Below, piece after piece: positions 52,583 through 61,335 of a DNA stretch of 64,000 nucleotides. Each line of letters begins with the position of its first letter. Positions within the stretch are counted from its first letter, which is position 1. The stretch covers positions 8,862 to 72,861 of the forward strand of contig JAZORT010000028.1 of assembly GCA_045656745.1 (NCBI GenBank), in the 5' to 3' direction. The translations under genes and the position numbers were made by a program. The notes beneath the pieces are model-generated. The model worked only from the letters and a program-made list of their open reading frames with translations, was not told the origin of the DNA and searched no databases. Origin of the DNA: Eubacteriales bacterium. Lineage in GTDB: Bacteria; Bacillota; Clostridia; Oscillospirales; CAG-272.

Positions 52583-54196
52583 ATGAAAAACATTTTTACA
52601 AAAATCAAAAACTTTTCTGTGCGCCACGCTCCCACAAAGCGCAGACTTATTCAGGTTTATTCCGCCCTGCTCTTTAACGCAAACCTGAAGGGATATATTT
52701 CCGGCTCGGGCGGTATATTTAAGGGAGATACAAAGAATTTCTGCACACCGGGTCTTAACTGTTACTCCTGTCCGGGCGCAATAACATCCTGTCCTCTCGG
52801 TGCATTGCAAAACGCCTTTGCTTCAAGCGGAAAATCGGCACCCTATTATATGCTCGGTATAATTCTTTTGTACTGTGTAATGTTCGGCCGTTGGATATGC
52901 GGTTGGCTTTGCCCATTCGGTCTTGTTCAGGACCTTTTACATAAGATTAGGACACCCAAGGTGAAAAAGAGCAGAATTACGAAGGTGCTTTCGGTATTCA
53001 AGTATATTTTGCTTGTAGTTTTTGTGGTGATTTTACCTCTTATTTATGTTCTTCGCGATATTCCTCTGCCTGCGTTCTGTAAATACATTTGCCCCGAGGG
53101 TACATTCGGCGGAGCGCTCGGCCTTTTGATAAATCCCGCAAACGACGGCTTCTTCTCAGGTCTTGGTCCGCTCTTTACCTGGAAATTTATACTGATGATT
53201 TCCTTTATTGTGGCGGCGGTGTTTATTTACAGAGTATTTTGCCGTTTCTTCTGCCCTCTCGGCGCTATTTACGGTCTGTTTAACAAGATTGCAATTTTCG
53301 GCATTAAGCTTGAGAAAAAGGCCTGCGTTGACTGCGGAAAGTGCGTTACAGCCTGCAAGCTCGATATTAGAGAGGTTGGCGACAGAGAGTGTATTCAATG
53401 CGGTGACTGTATTGCGGTTTGTCCCACTCAGGCAATTACCTGGAAGGGCTCGAAGATATTCCTTCCCAAAAACGATTTTGAAAAGGATACTTCCTCGGTT
53501 TGCTCCGAGGATGCAACCAACGTTATAACCGTAAACAACAACGCAGTTGCGGAAAATGCGGCAGAGCGCTTCAAGAAGAGATCGAGAATAACCGCATCGG
53601 TAATTCTCGCATCGGTGCTCCTTGCTGCTCTTGTTTACTTTAACATAGTTGATCCGCTTATCAACAAAGACGAGCGCCCCGATTACAGCGACTTTGACGA
53701 CGAGGGCGTTGACGAGGAGCTTGCAAAGATACCCTTCGGCGAGGAGGTTGGCGACAGATGTCCCATTATGACTCTCGACCTTGTTGACGGCTCGGGAAGT
53801 ATTTCTATTTCCTCACTTCGCGGAAAGGTTGTTGTTATAAACTTCTGGGGCACCTGGTGCGGCCCCTGCAAGGCGGAGCTTCCCTACTTTAACAGAATAG
53901 CCTCGGAATACGAGGGTGAGGTTGTTGTTCTTACCATTCACACCGCGTATAACAAGACCTCAAAGGCTGAGGCTCCCGGATATATTAGCGAGCATTTTGA
54001 CGGCTCGAAGATGCTCTTTGCTTACGATATTCCCTATGACGATTACAGCGATGAGTATTACACGGCGCTTGGCGGTCTGGGCGGTTATCCTATGACCCTT
54101 GTTCTTGATGACAGAGGCGTTATTTCCTTTACAAAGCAGAATTCGATGCATTACGAAGAGCTGAAGGATGCTGTTGAAAACGCGTTAAACAAATAA
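52583..54196 (+). CDS. membrane polyferredoxin (NapH/MauN-like, 2x[4Fe-4S]) fused to a TlpA/ResA-like thioredoxin domain
   Basis: ATG at 52583 follows the upstream TGA by 1 nt. Motifs: CYSCPGAITSCP, CGWLCPFG, CRFFCPLG, CVDCGKCVTACK and CIQCGDCIAVCP. After an extra TM segment comes FWGTWCGPCKAELP (thioredoxin WCxxC). Confidence 0.8.
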   Translation: MKNIFTKIKNFSVRHAPTKRRLIQVYSALLFNANLKGYISGSGGIFKGDTKNFCTPGLNCYSCPGAITSCPLGALQNAFASSGKSAPYYMLGIILLYCVMFGRWICGWLCPFGLVQDLLHKIRTPKVKKSRITKVLSVFKYILLVVFVVILPLIYVLRDIPLPAFCKYICPEGTFGGALGLLINPANDGFFSGLGPLFTWKFILMISFIVAAVFIYRVFCRFFCPLGAIYGLFNKIAIFGIKLEKKACVDCGKCVTACKLDIREVGDRECIQCGDCIAVCPTQAITWKGSKIFLPKNDFEKDTSSVCSEDATNVITVNNNAVAENAAERFKKRSRITASVILASVLLAALVYFNIVDPLINKDERPDYSDFDDEGVDEELAKIPFGEEVGDRCPIMTLDLVDGSGSISISSLRGKVVVINFWGTWCGPCKAELPYFNRIASEYEGEVVVLTIHTAYNKTSKAEAPGYISEHFDGSKMLFAYDIPYDDYSDEYYTALGGLGGYPMTLVLDDRGVISFTKQNSMHYEELKDAVENALNK

Positions 54197-54202
54197 AAAA
54201 GT

Positions 54203-54241
54203 CCCTGCGTTTCCCTAGAGGGAGGCGCAGGGTTGTTTTTT
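54203..54241. terminator. bidirectional terminator
   Basis: Stem ccctgcg (54203-54209) pairs with cgcaggg (54226-54232), with an inner ccct/aggg pairing. ttgtttttt follows, and an A run lies upstream. Confidence 0.6.
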
Positions 54242-55202
54242 ATATTTTAACGGTAGTTTTTGCGGTTATTATGGTAGGATTGCCGTCAAGCATAATATAG
54301 ACGGGGATATCCGAGGGATTTTCTATCTCGGAATCGCTGACGCGAAGGGCTTTTACCGCATCCTCGTAGGCGAGAATGTCACCGACAGAGGCGTAATAAT
54401 AATCGTTTTGGCGGTTGCCGTATTTTTCGGCAAAGGCGAGAAGGTCGCCCCACTTGTTCGCGGTTTCGTAATCTACCGAATGTACTCCGATAGAGAAGAA
54501 TTTAAGCTCGCCGTCATCGGGATAATTTTCGTAAAGCTCGGCTACTGCAAGAAGGCTGTTGTGAGAGGCGTTGTAGGTCCAATTAAATCTATCGGCAGGC
54601 ATTGCAAAGCCTGTTGTGTCGCGGAGGTCGCCTGTCTTTCTTATATTCTGGTATCCTTCCTTGATAAGGTGCTCGCGCGCGCCGACAGAGCCTCTGCCGT
54701 GGGGCCAGGCAAATCCGCGGACGCTTCCTTTACCGAATACTTCCTCGAGGCCTGCCTTTGTTCTGTCGGCAAAGCGGTTATAGTCCTCGTTCGGAGAAAC
54801 GGCGTGCCAGCCTCTCGGCACATCGTATGTACCCGTATTCTTTCCCCATATTTTATAGATATGAACAAGATATACGCCCTCTTCGGTCTTGTAATAATGG
54901 TCGAAGTCGGGGCGGTTGCGGTCAAAGGGCTCGGTTGCTATTTCATCGGTGATGTCATCATCAATAGCTATGGCGTGCTTTTCGCAATGGTTTGCTATCT
55001 CATAGCCCTCGTAAAGCTCGCGGTAAAACTCGGGCGGTTTAACATTCCAATGGTGGAGATTAAAGGTGCCGAAAATTCCCGCGGGGCGGACAATGTCAAG
55101 AAATTTTTTATCCATTTCGAAATTGCCGTCGTCAATGGTGAATGTTATTGATTTTCTTGTAAAGCCGGGGAAAAAGTTTTTATCAACTCTTTTATTTTGC
55201 AT
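54240..55202 (-). CDS. polysaccharide deacetylase (CE4/NodB-like), cytoplasmic
   Basis: NodB-like motifs: TFTIDDGN (TFDDG), ANHCEKH (H-x4-H), FAWPHGRG (R/W-P-x-G). It overlaps the cysE stop by 11 nt. Confidence 0.7.
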   Translation of the reverse strand: MQNKRVDKNFFPGFTRKSITFTIDDGNFEMDKKFLDIVRPAGIFGTFNLHHWNVKPPEFYRELYEGYEIANHCEKHAIAIDDDITDEIATEPFDRNRPDFDHYYKTEEGVYLVHIYKIWGKNTGTYDVPRGWHAVSPNEDYNRFADRTKAGLEEVFGKGSVRGFAWPHGRGSVGAREHLIKEGYQNIRKTGDLRDTTGFAMPADRFNWTYNASHNSLLAVAELYENYPDDGELKFFSIGVHSVDYETANKWGDLLAFAEKYGNRQNDYYYASVGDILAYEDAVKALRVSDSEIENPSDIPVYIMLDGNPTIITAKTTVKI

Positions 55203-56040
55203 TGTAGTAAACCACCTCTCCTGCGGGGACGGAGCGGGTCAGCCATACGTTACCGCCGATAACGCATCCGTCACCTATTTTAGTGTTTCCGCCGAGTATT
55301 GTTGCATTTGCGTAAATTACAACGCCGTTTCCGATGTCGGGGTGGCGCTTTATTCCCTTTACGGGGTTCCCCTCTTCGTCAAGCTCGAAGCTCTTAGCTC
55401 CAAGGGTGACGCCCTGATATATCTTTACTCTGTCACCTATGGTGGTTGTTTCACCAATGACTATACCGGTGCCGTGGTCGATGAAGAAATATTCGCCGAT
55501 TGTTGCGCCCGCGTGGATATCAACACCCGTTTTTTCGTGGGCAAACTCGGTCATAAGCCTTGAGATATAAGGAATTGAGCGAAGGTAGAATTCGTGGGCG
55601 AGGCGGTATATGGATATGGCGTAAAAGCCGGGGTAAGACAGTATTACCTCCTCGGGCGACCTTGCGGCAGGGTCTCCCTCGTAAAGCGCGATAACATCCT
55701 TTAAGAGCTTTTGCTTTATTGCGGGCAAGAGGCCGAGAATTTCGTAGGTTATCTTCTCGGTATCCACAACAGAATCCTCGTCAAAGAAATAATAAGAGGC
55801 GGTTATCTGCCTTTTTAACAGAGTGAAAACCTCTTTCGCAACCTCGGAAAGCCCCTTTCCCTCATCCTCATCAAGAAGGAAGTATTCAGGAAACATAAGG
55901 TGCTGAATTTTCTTTATTATTTTAACCACCTCGTTTCTCGAGGGGACCATTACGGTATGTTTTTTAAAATAACTGCACGAAAGCTCACTTGATGCCGAAA
56001 GCTCACATAAAACCGCACTTATCTTTTCATCGTAGGACAT
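55192..56040 (-). CDS. cysE: serine O-acetyltransferase (long EpsC/CysE type)
   Basis: Left-handed beta-helix hexapeptide repeats: GVDIHAGATIGEYFFIDHGTGIVIGETTTIGDRVKIYQGVTLG...IGNGVVIYANATILGG. RBS GGAAAGGAG. Confidence 0.85.
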   Translation of the reverse strand: MSYDEKISAVLCELSASSELSCSYFKKHTVMVPSRNEVVKIIKKIQHLMFPEYFLLDEDEGKGLSEVAKEVFTLLKRQITASYYFFDEDSVVDTEKITYEILGLLPAIKQKLLKDVIALYEGDPAARSPEEVILSYPGFYAISIYRLAHEFYLRSIPYISRLMTEFAHEKTGVDIHAGATIGEYFFIDHGTGIVIGETTTIGDRVKIYQGVTLGAKSFELDEEGNPVKGIKRHPDIGNGVVIYANATILGGNTKIGDGCVIGGNVWLTRSVPAGEVVYYNAK

Positions 56041-56079
56041 ATAAGTCTCCTTTCCTTGCGAAGAAAATAATATAGGTTA

Positions 56080-56108
56080 ATTTTATCACACACTACCCCG
56101 CTTTGCAA
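56080..56108 (-). promoter_or_regulatory. promoter of the cysE-deacetylase operon
   Basis: On the reverse strand: TTGCAA, 17-nt spacer, TAAAAT. The leader is only about 35 nt, so there is no room for a T-box or riboswitch. Confidence 0.45.
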
Positions 56109-56334
56109 CACTTTTTTAAAATTTTGGGGGATAAATTTGTTTTTTCGTTTTTTGGGGAAATTACGATGCAAATATTTTTTCTTTTTGAACAAAATATTAC
56201 AAATAGCCGTTGATTTTTATTATTATGTATGTTATACTATATTTGTAAAGATATGTCTGCACAGCAGGACTGCTTGATGCTATAAAAAGAAAGGAAGCGG
56301 CGGTGTTTTTTTACCGCGGCTTTGGTTATATAAA

Positions 56335-59300
56335 ATGGGAAAAGGGATTTATACTTACTATAAAAACCGTCTCGTTGAGATAGGAGGCGGAAACAAGTGC
56401 CTCTATCTGAAAAAGGTCGTAAGACGCGGCGCGTATGATGTTGGCCGCATTTTCAGCACCCGTGAAAAGAAGATTGCGGAGCTTTTCGACACTCTCTGGA
56501 ACGGCAGGGGCTCCTCTTTCACTCTTCTTTGCGAAGAAGAGGTTGACGAAATTGCCGAAAACATTTCTTCGACAGAGCCTGACGAGGCCGAGGGTGAAGA
56601 GGAGAAAAAGTCTTCAAGAAAATCTAAGGGCAACGACAAAATAAAGCTGCTGGAAGCAGAGGTTGCCAGGGTTAAGGAAATAAAGCGCGAGATTGAGGAA
56701 ATCGAGCGCGAGACGGGAAGAAACGAGCTTTACTTAGGCTATCCTTTTGTTTTCGGCTCTGTGTCCCAAGGCTCAAGCCGCTCTATGATAAAGGCACCCC
56801 TTGTGCTCTTCCCCATAAGGATTGACATTCCCGATGACAGAACGGTTGAGATAAGCCTTAACGAGGCGGAGAAAATTCAGCTTAACCGCGCTCTTATCCT
56901 ATCCTATGCTCAATCAAAGAAGGTTGACATTGAGAACCTTGAAATCGAGTTTGACGATTTTTCAAGCTTCAAGGGGATAAAGCAGCTAGTTGACTATCTT
57001 AACCACGCTAAAATCAAGGTGGAATACACCACCTCAAAGAATATTTACCCTTATTCAAGGTTTAAGGAGCCTGACGAGGACAGCGAGCTTTCGTTAAGAT
57101 ATGCCGCAGTTCTTGCGCGCTTCCCCCTCTCTAACTCGATTTATAACGATTACACTCTTCTCGAGCGTAAAAACCTTACTAACGATGCGATAAACGAGCT
57201 TCTTCGCACCTCTAAGAAGAGCGGATTTAAGCTCTTTGGCAAGATTAAGGCTTTGCGCGGCGGAGCAAAGGCTAAGCGGGATAATTCGAAAAAATCCTAT
57301 ACTGCAAAGGCAAGCTACACCGTAAAAATGCTTGACTACGCTCAGTCCGAGGTAGTACGCAAGGTTGACGAGCTTGGTAACATGGTTATCTACGGCCCTC
57401 CGGGTACGGGAAAATCCCAAACTATCGTTAATGTTATTACAGATGCCGTTGTAAAAGGCAAAAAGGTACTTGTTGTTTCACAAAAGAAGGCGGCTCTCGA
57501 TGTTGTTTACTCCCGCCTCGGCACTCTTAACGAGTCGGCAATGTATATCAACGACGAGGCAAAGGAGAAAAAGGCCTTCTACGAAAAGACATACGCTCTG
57601 CACAAGAGACTTGTTCACGGAAGAAAGGCAGAAATCGAGCCTCGCCAGGCAGAATTCGACGAGCTTGAGGAAAAAATTCTTAACGAGCAGAACACCCTTG
57701 AGTCTATGTACGCGCTTCTTAACAACAAGCGTCCATTCGGACTTTCACTTACCGAGATGTATTCCTCGTCCTATATGTTAAACAAGGATTCGGGCGAATA
57801 CGGGGCATATCTCAATATGCTTGAGTGTCCTGACATTCTCGCTATGAATTACAAGGAGCTTTCCGAGGCGCTCTTTAAGATAAAGGCAAAAAATCTCTCC
57901 GAGACCTATTACGAATTTGCTCAGGAGAAGAATAAAAATCCCCTTATTGAGCTTATGCTCCCCGATGTTGAGATACACACCCTCGGCATTGTAAGGGATG
58001 GGCTTACCGAGGCAGAAAAATCCAGACGCGGTCACTTTAATTTCGCAAAATACCCCTATCTCAGGCAGGTGCTTGCTCACTACAACCACCTTGACGACCA
58101 AAAAAAGCGACGCGCCATTGTAAAGCTTGTTGCAAAGCTGGAAAATCCCGACTCCCTCTTTAACAAAAAGGCGGAGGAGAAAATGTCGGCGCAGTTTGCT
58201 GACACAGTTGAGGCTATCAGGCGTTATATCGAAAAATACGACTGCTTAAAGCAGGTTATGAGCGCAGACGGTTACTTCTCGGTTATTGACAACCTTTTAA
58301 GAGGAAACACCGCCTTTGTTAAGTATGTTTTCGAGGCTATTGACCATTATCTCGAGCTTCGAGATGTTACAAATCTTTTCAGAGCGATGGACAAGGGTGT
58401 TGTCAGCGTTCTTGAATTCGCATTCAACACTACAAAGAATGAAAAGGAATACAAGGAGCTTATTGATAAAGTAATGCTTCTTAGAATATACCACGAGCTG
58501 ACCATTGCGGAGGAGGAGTGCAAGGATTCTCTTGCTATGCTTCTTGACTTCCCGAACGTTACCTCCCGCATTTACAAGCTCAAGGAGGCGGAGCTTTCGG
58601 TTGCGGCAAAGCTGTGCGCTGTAAAGAGCTCGGGCAACTACCGCGAGATGTATTCCGCTGCGGAAAATGCAAAGGACTACCTCTACCAAATCTCAAAGGA
58701 GCAGAAATTCTGGCCTATCAGAAAGATGATGGAGGTTTACGGCAACTTTGTAACCACCCTCTTCCCCTGCTGGCTCCTTTCCCCGGAGAACGTTTCGGCA
58801 ATTCTTCCTTTAACGAAGAATATGTTCGATGTTGTAATCTTCGACGAGGCTTCGCAGGTATTTATTGAAAGCACAATACCCACCATATACCGCGGAAAGA
58901 ACATTGTTGTTGCGGGTGACTCAAAGCAGCTTCGTCCCTCGGCAACCTTTATGAAGAGATATATGGGTACCGATCCTGAGGTTTTGGAGGATTACTCGGT
59001 GCAGGCGGCGCTTGAGGTTGAGAGCCTTCTCGACCTTGCGGTTTCACGATATGAAAGCGCAAATCTTACCTATCATTACCGCAGTAAGCACCAGGAGCTT
59101 ATCGACTTCTCCAACTGTGCATTCTATTCATCAAATCTTCAGATTGCTCCCAATATTTCAACCAACAAGGCAAACAGACCTATCGAAAGATACAAGGTTG
59201 ACGGTCGTTGGGTGGACAGAACAAATCCCACCGAGGCAGAAAAGATTGTTGAAATCCTTGAAAAGATTTTTAAGACCAGAAAGAACAACGAGAGCATTGG

Positions 59301-60117
59301 TATTATAACCTTTAACATTGACCAGCAGACCTGCATTGCCGATGCCATTGAGAAGGAAGCAAGGCAGAACAAGAGCTTCGGCGCTTATATTGCCGAGGAG
59401 CGCCTCCGCACAGACGGCGGCGAGGACACAAGCCTCTTTATCAAAAACCTTGAAAATGTTCAGGGTGACGAGAGAGATATTATCATCTTCTCCATTGGAT
59501 ATGCTCCTGCGGAAAACGGCAAGGTTCATTCAAGCTTCGGCTCTCTTTCGACAGAGGGCGGTGAAAACAGACTTAATGTTGCTATAACCAGAGCGAAATC
59601 GAAGATTATCGTTGTTACCAGCATTGAGCCTGAGGACCTGAAGGTTGAAAACTCGAAGAACCTTGGACCGAGATTGCTGCGCGATTATCTTGCCTACACT
59701 AAGGCGGTTGCGGAAAGCGACAACGATGGCGCGAGGGCAATTCTGCGCGGTCTTAACCCTGCGGAAAAGGCTGAGGAAGAAATCCCGACGGGTCTTCCCC
59801 GCACAGAGGATCAGATTAAGGCAGGGCTTGAAAAGCTGGGCTACGCGGTGCATACGGGTCTTGGCAACGAGAACAACCGCATTTCCCTTGCGGTCTATGA
59901 CGAGAAGGAGGACAGATACCTTGTCGGCGTAATTCTCGACACCGATGCCTTTGCCTCCTCGCCCGCTTCTATGGAGCGAGATGTTTACAAGCCCAAGTTC
60001 CTTGAGGCAAGGGGTTGGAATCTTATGCGAGTTTGGTGCAGAGATTTCTGGATTTCTCCTGAAAAGGTTGTAAAATCTATCGCTTCTGCCGCTGAAAAGG
60101 CAAAAAAGAAGGCATAA
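56335..60117 (+). CDS. 1260-aa SF1 (Upf1/Dna2-like) helicase with N-terminal DUF4011-like and C-terminal DUF3320/REase-like regions
   Basis: Walker A VIYGPPGTGKSQTI, motif II VIFDEASQV, then GDSKQLRP, YRSKHQELIDFSN, VQGDERDIIIFS and LNVAITRAK. The C terminus FLEARGWNLMRVWCRDFW is typical, from memory, of DUF3320-containing helicases. Confidence 0.8.
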   Translation: MGKGIYTYYKNRLVEIGGGNKCLYLKKVVRRGAYDVGRIFSTREKKIAELFDTLWNGRGSSFTLLCEEEVDEIAENISSTEPDEAEGEEEKKSSRKSKGNDKIKLLEAEVARVKEIKREIEEIERETGRNELYLGYPFVFGSVSQGSSRSMIKAPLVLFPIRIDIPDDRTVEISLNEAEKIQLNRALILSYAQSKKVDIENLEIEFDDFSSFKGIKQLVDYLNHAKIKVEYTTSKNIYPYSRFKEPDEDSELSLRYAAVLARFPLSNSIYNDYTLLERKNLTNDAINELLRTSKKSGFKLFGKIKALRGGAKAKRDNSKKSYTAKASYTVKMLDYAQSEVVRKVDELGNMVIYGPPGTGKSQTIVNVITDAVVKGKKVLVVSQKKAALDVVYSRLGTLNESAMYINDEAKEKKAFYEKTYALHKRLVHGRKAEIEPRQAEFDELEEKILNEQNTLESMYALLNNKRPFGLSLTEMYSSSYMLNKDSGEYGAYLNMLECPDILAMNYKELSEALFKIKAKNLSETYYEFAQEKNKNPLIELMLPDVEIHTLGIVRDGLTEAEKSRRGHFNFAKYPYLRQVLAHYNHLDDQKKRRAIVKLVAKLENPDSLFNKKAEEKMSAQFADTVEAIRRYIEKYDCLKQVMSADGYFSVIDNLLRGNTAFVKYVFEAIDHYLELRDVTNLFRAMDKGVVSVLEFAFNTTKNEKEYKELIDKVMLLRIYHELTIAEEECKDSLAMLLDFPNVTSRIYKLKEAELSVAAKLCAVKSSGNYREMYSAAENAKDYLYQISKEQKFWPIRKMMEVYGNFVTTLFPCWLLSPENVSAILPLTKNMFDVVIFDEASQVFIESTIPTIYRGKNIVVAGDSKQLRPSATFMKRYMGTDPEVLEDYSVQAALEVESLLDLAVSRYESANLTYHYRSKHQELIDFSNCAFYSSNLQIAPNISTNKANRPIERYKVDGRWVDRTNPTEAEKIVEILEKIFKTRKNNESIGIITFNIDQQTCIADAIEKEARQNKSFGAYIAEERLRTDGGEDTSLFIKNLENVQGDERDIIIFSIGYAPAENGKVHSSFGSLSTEGGENRLNVAITRAKSKIIVVTSIEPEDLKVENSKNLGPRLLRDYLAYTKAVAESDNDGARAILRGLNPAEKAEEEIPTGLPRTEDQIKAGLEKLGYAVHTGLGNENNRISLAVYDEKEDRYLVGVILDTDAFASSPASMERDVYKPKFLEARGWNLMRVWCRDFWISPEKVVKSIASAAEKAKKKA

Positions 60118-60212
60118 ACAAAAAATAGTTGTAAAAAAACTGTTACAACTATTGAATTAATTTGTTTTCAAGTGTATAATACATTATGATTTAAAAAGAA
60201 AGGTATTTTATT

Positions 60213-60698
60213 ATGTTTTTCAATTCACTTTTAACTAACGCAGGCGGAAGCAGCTTCGGCCTTATTCTGATGATCATTATGATCGCTGTGTTCTATTTCC
60301 TTGTTATGCGTCCCCAGAAGAAGCGCGAAAAGAAGGAAGCTGAAATGCGCGCAGGCGTTGCGGTAGGCGACGAGGTTACCACTATCGGCGGTATTATCGG
60401 TAAAGTTGTTTCTGTTAAGGACGAGACCTTCGTTCTTGAAACCACCAAGGACAAAACCAAAATTCGTTTCCTTAAAGGCGCTATCAGAAGCATTGATGTT
60501 TGCGCCGCTGACCTTGCTGCTCAGATAATGAGCGCTAAGGAGGCTGAGGCAGCAGAGGCCGAGGCTAATGCAGACACTGAAGAGCCCGCAGAGTCCAAGA
60601 AGGACCTTGCAAAGAAGGCAAAGGAAGAAAAGGCAAGAGCTAAGGCTGAAAAGAAAGAGCAGAAGGCTAAAGAAAAGGCTGAAAAGAAGGCTAAGTAA
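60213..60698 (+). CDS. yajC: preprotein translocase subunit YajC with a long Lys/Glu/Ala-rich C-terminal extension
   Basis: The TM segment plus FYFLVMRPQKKREKKEAEMRAGVAVGDEVTTIGGIIGKVVSV is the YajC core. The last 60 or so residues are low complexity (AKEEKARAKAEKKEQKAKEKAEKKAK). Confidence 0.85.
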   Translation: MFFNSLLTNAGGSSFGLILMIIMIAVFYFLVMRPQKKREKKEAEMRAGVAVGDEVTTIGGIIGKVVSVKDETFVLETTKDKTKIRFLKGAIRSIDVCAADLAAQIMSAKEAEAAEAEANADTEEPAESKKDLAKKAKEEKARAKAEKKEQKAKEKAEKKAK

Positions 60699-60737
60699 TT
60701 TTTAAGGCATTCAGTTTTTTGGAATATTTTATAAGCT

Positions 60738-60779
60738 CTCCGAATAGGTTGTACAAGGACTTATTCGGAGGCTTTTTTT
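60738..60779 (+). terminator. intrinsic terminator after yajC that contains the next gene's SD
   Basis: Stem ctccgaata (60738-60746) pairs with tattcggag (60762-60770), followed by gcttttttt. The ATG of the next ORF is at 60780. Confidence 0.6.
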
Positions 60780-61178
60780 ATGCTTAATTTAAAATTAAAA
60801 GGAAGAAACAGAAAACCCGAGGGAATATCGCTTATTCTTTTGCTTTTTGCTCTTGGGGTTTTATCTCTCATTATCTGCTCGGTTATCTCTTCGGCGGTTG
60901 TATATTCCCTAAAAGACCCGCAAAGGGCTATTGGGTTAGGCGGACTTGCTTCTATTATCCTTGCGGGCGGTGCTTCGGGGCTTTTCGCATCTTACTTCAC
61001 TAAGGGTGAGATAAGACAATGCGCTATCCCTCTCGGTGCGGTGGCGGCTATTTTATTCCTTATTCCGCTATTTTTCAGCGGTAGCGCGGGAGGGGGTATA
61101 ATGAACGCTCTTTGCTACTTTGGCACTGCGGTAATTCTCTGCCCCGTATTCAAGAAAAAGAGGCACAAAAGAAGATAA
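60780..61178 (+). CDS. small four-TM membrane protein, unknown function
   Basis: The basic N terminus is followed by Gly/Ala-rich TM segments and a basic tail KKKRHKRR. The SD GGAGG lies 8 nt upstream, inside the terminator stem. Confidence 0.55.
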   Translation: MLNLKLKGRNRKPEGISLILLLFALGVLSLIICSVISSAVVYSLKDPQRAIGLGGLASIILAGGASGLFASYFTKGEIRQCAIPLGAVAAILFLIPLFFSGSAGGGIMNALCYFGTAVILCPVFKKKRHKRR

Positions 61179-61205
61179 GGCGGGCGCTATTCTCGTTATA
61201 AAAAA

Positions 61206-61238
61206 GAAAACCGCGGATTTAAAACCGCGGTTTTCTTA
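61206..61238 (+). terminator. intrinsic terminator
   Basis: Stem gaaaaccgcgg (61206-61216) pairs with ccgcggttttc (61225-61235), followed by a T-rich run. Confidence 0.55.
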
Positions 61239-61255
61239 GAAAAGCTTTATATTTT

Positions 61256-61292
61256 GGGCAGAGGCGAAACAAACCGCCTCTGCCCGTTTTTT
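61256..61292. terminator. GC-rich hairpin terminator between convergent genes
   Basis: Stem gggcagaggcg (61256-61266) pairs with cgcctctgccc (61275-61285), followed by gtttttt on the plus strand. Confidence 0.6.
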
Positions 61293-61335
61293 ATGAATTG
61301 TTTTATAACGAAGCTTTTAATTTAAGCGGTGTTAA

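Noticed and set aside
56041-56334. T-box or S-box leader upstream of cysE
   Set aside because: The best promoter leaves a leader of only about 35 nt. I saw no T-box (GGTGGTACCGCG-like) or SAM-riboswitch core sequences on the reverse strand.
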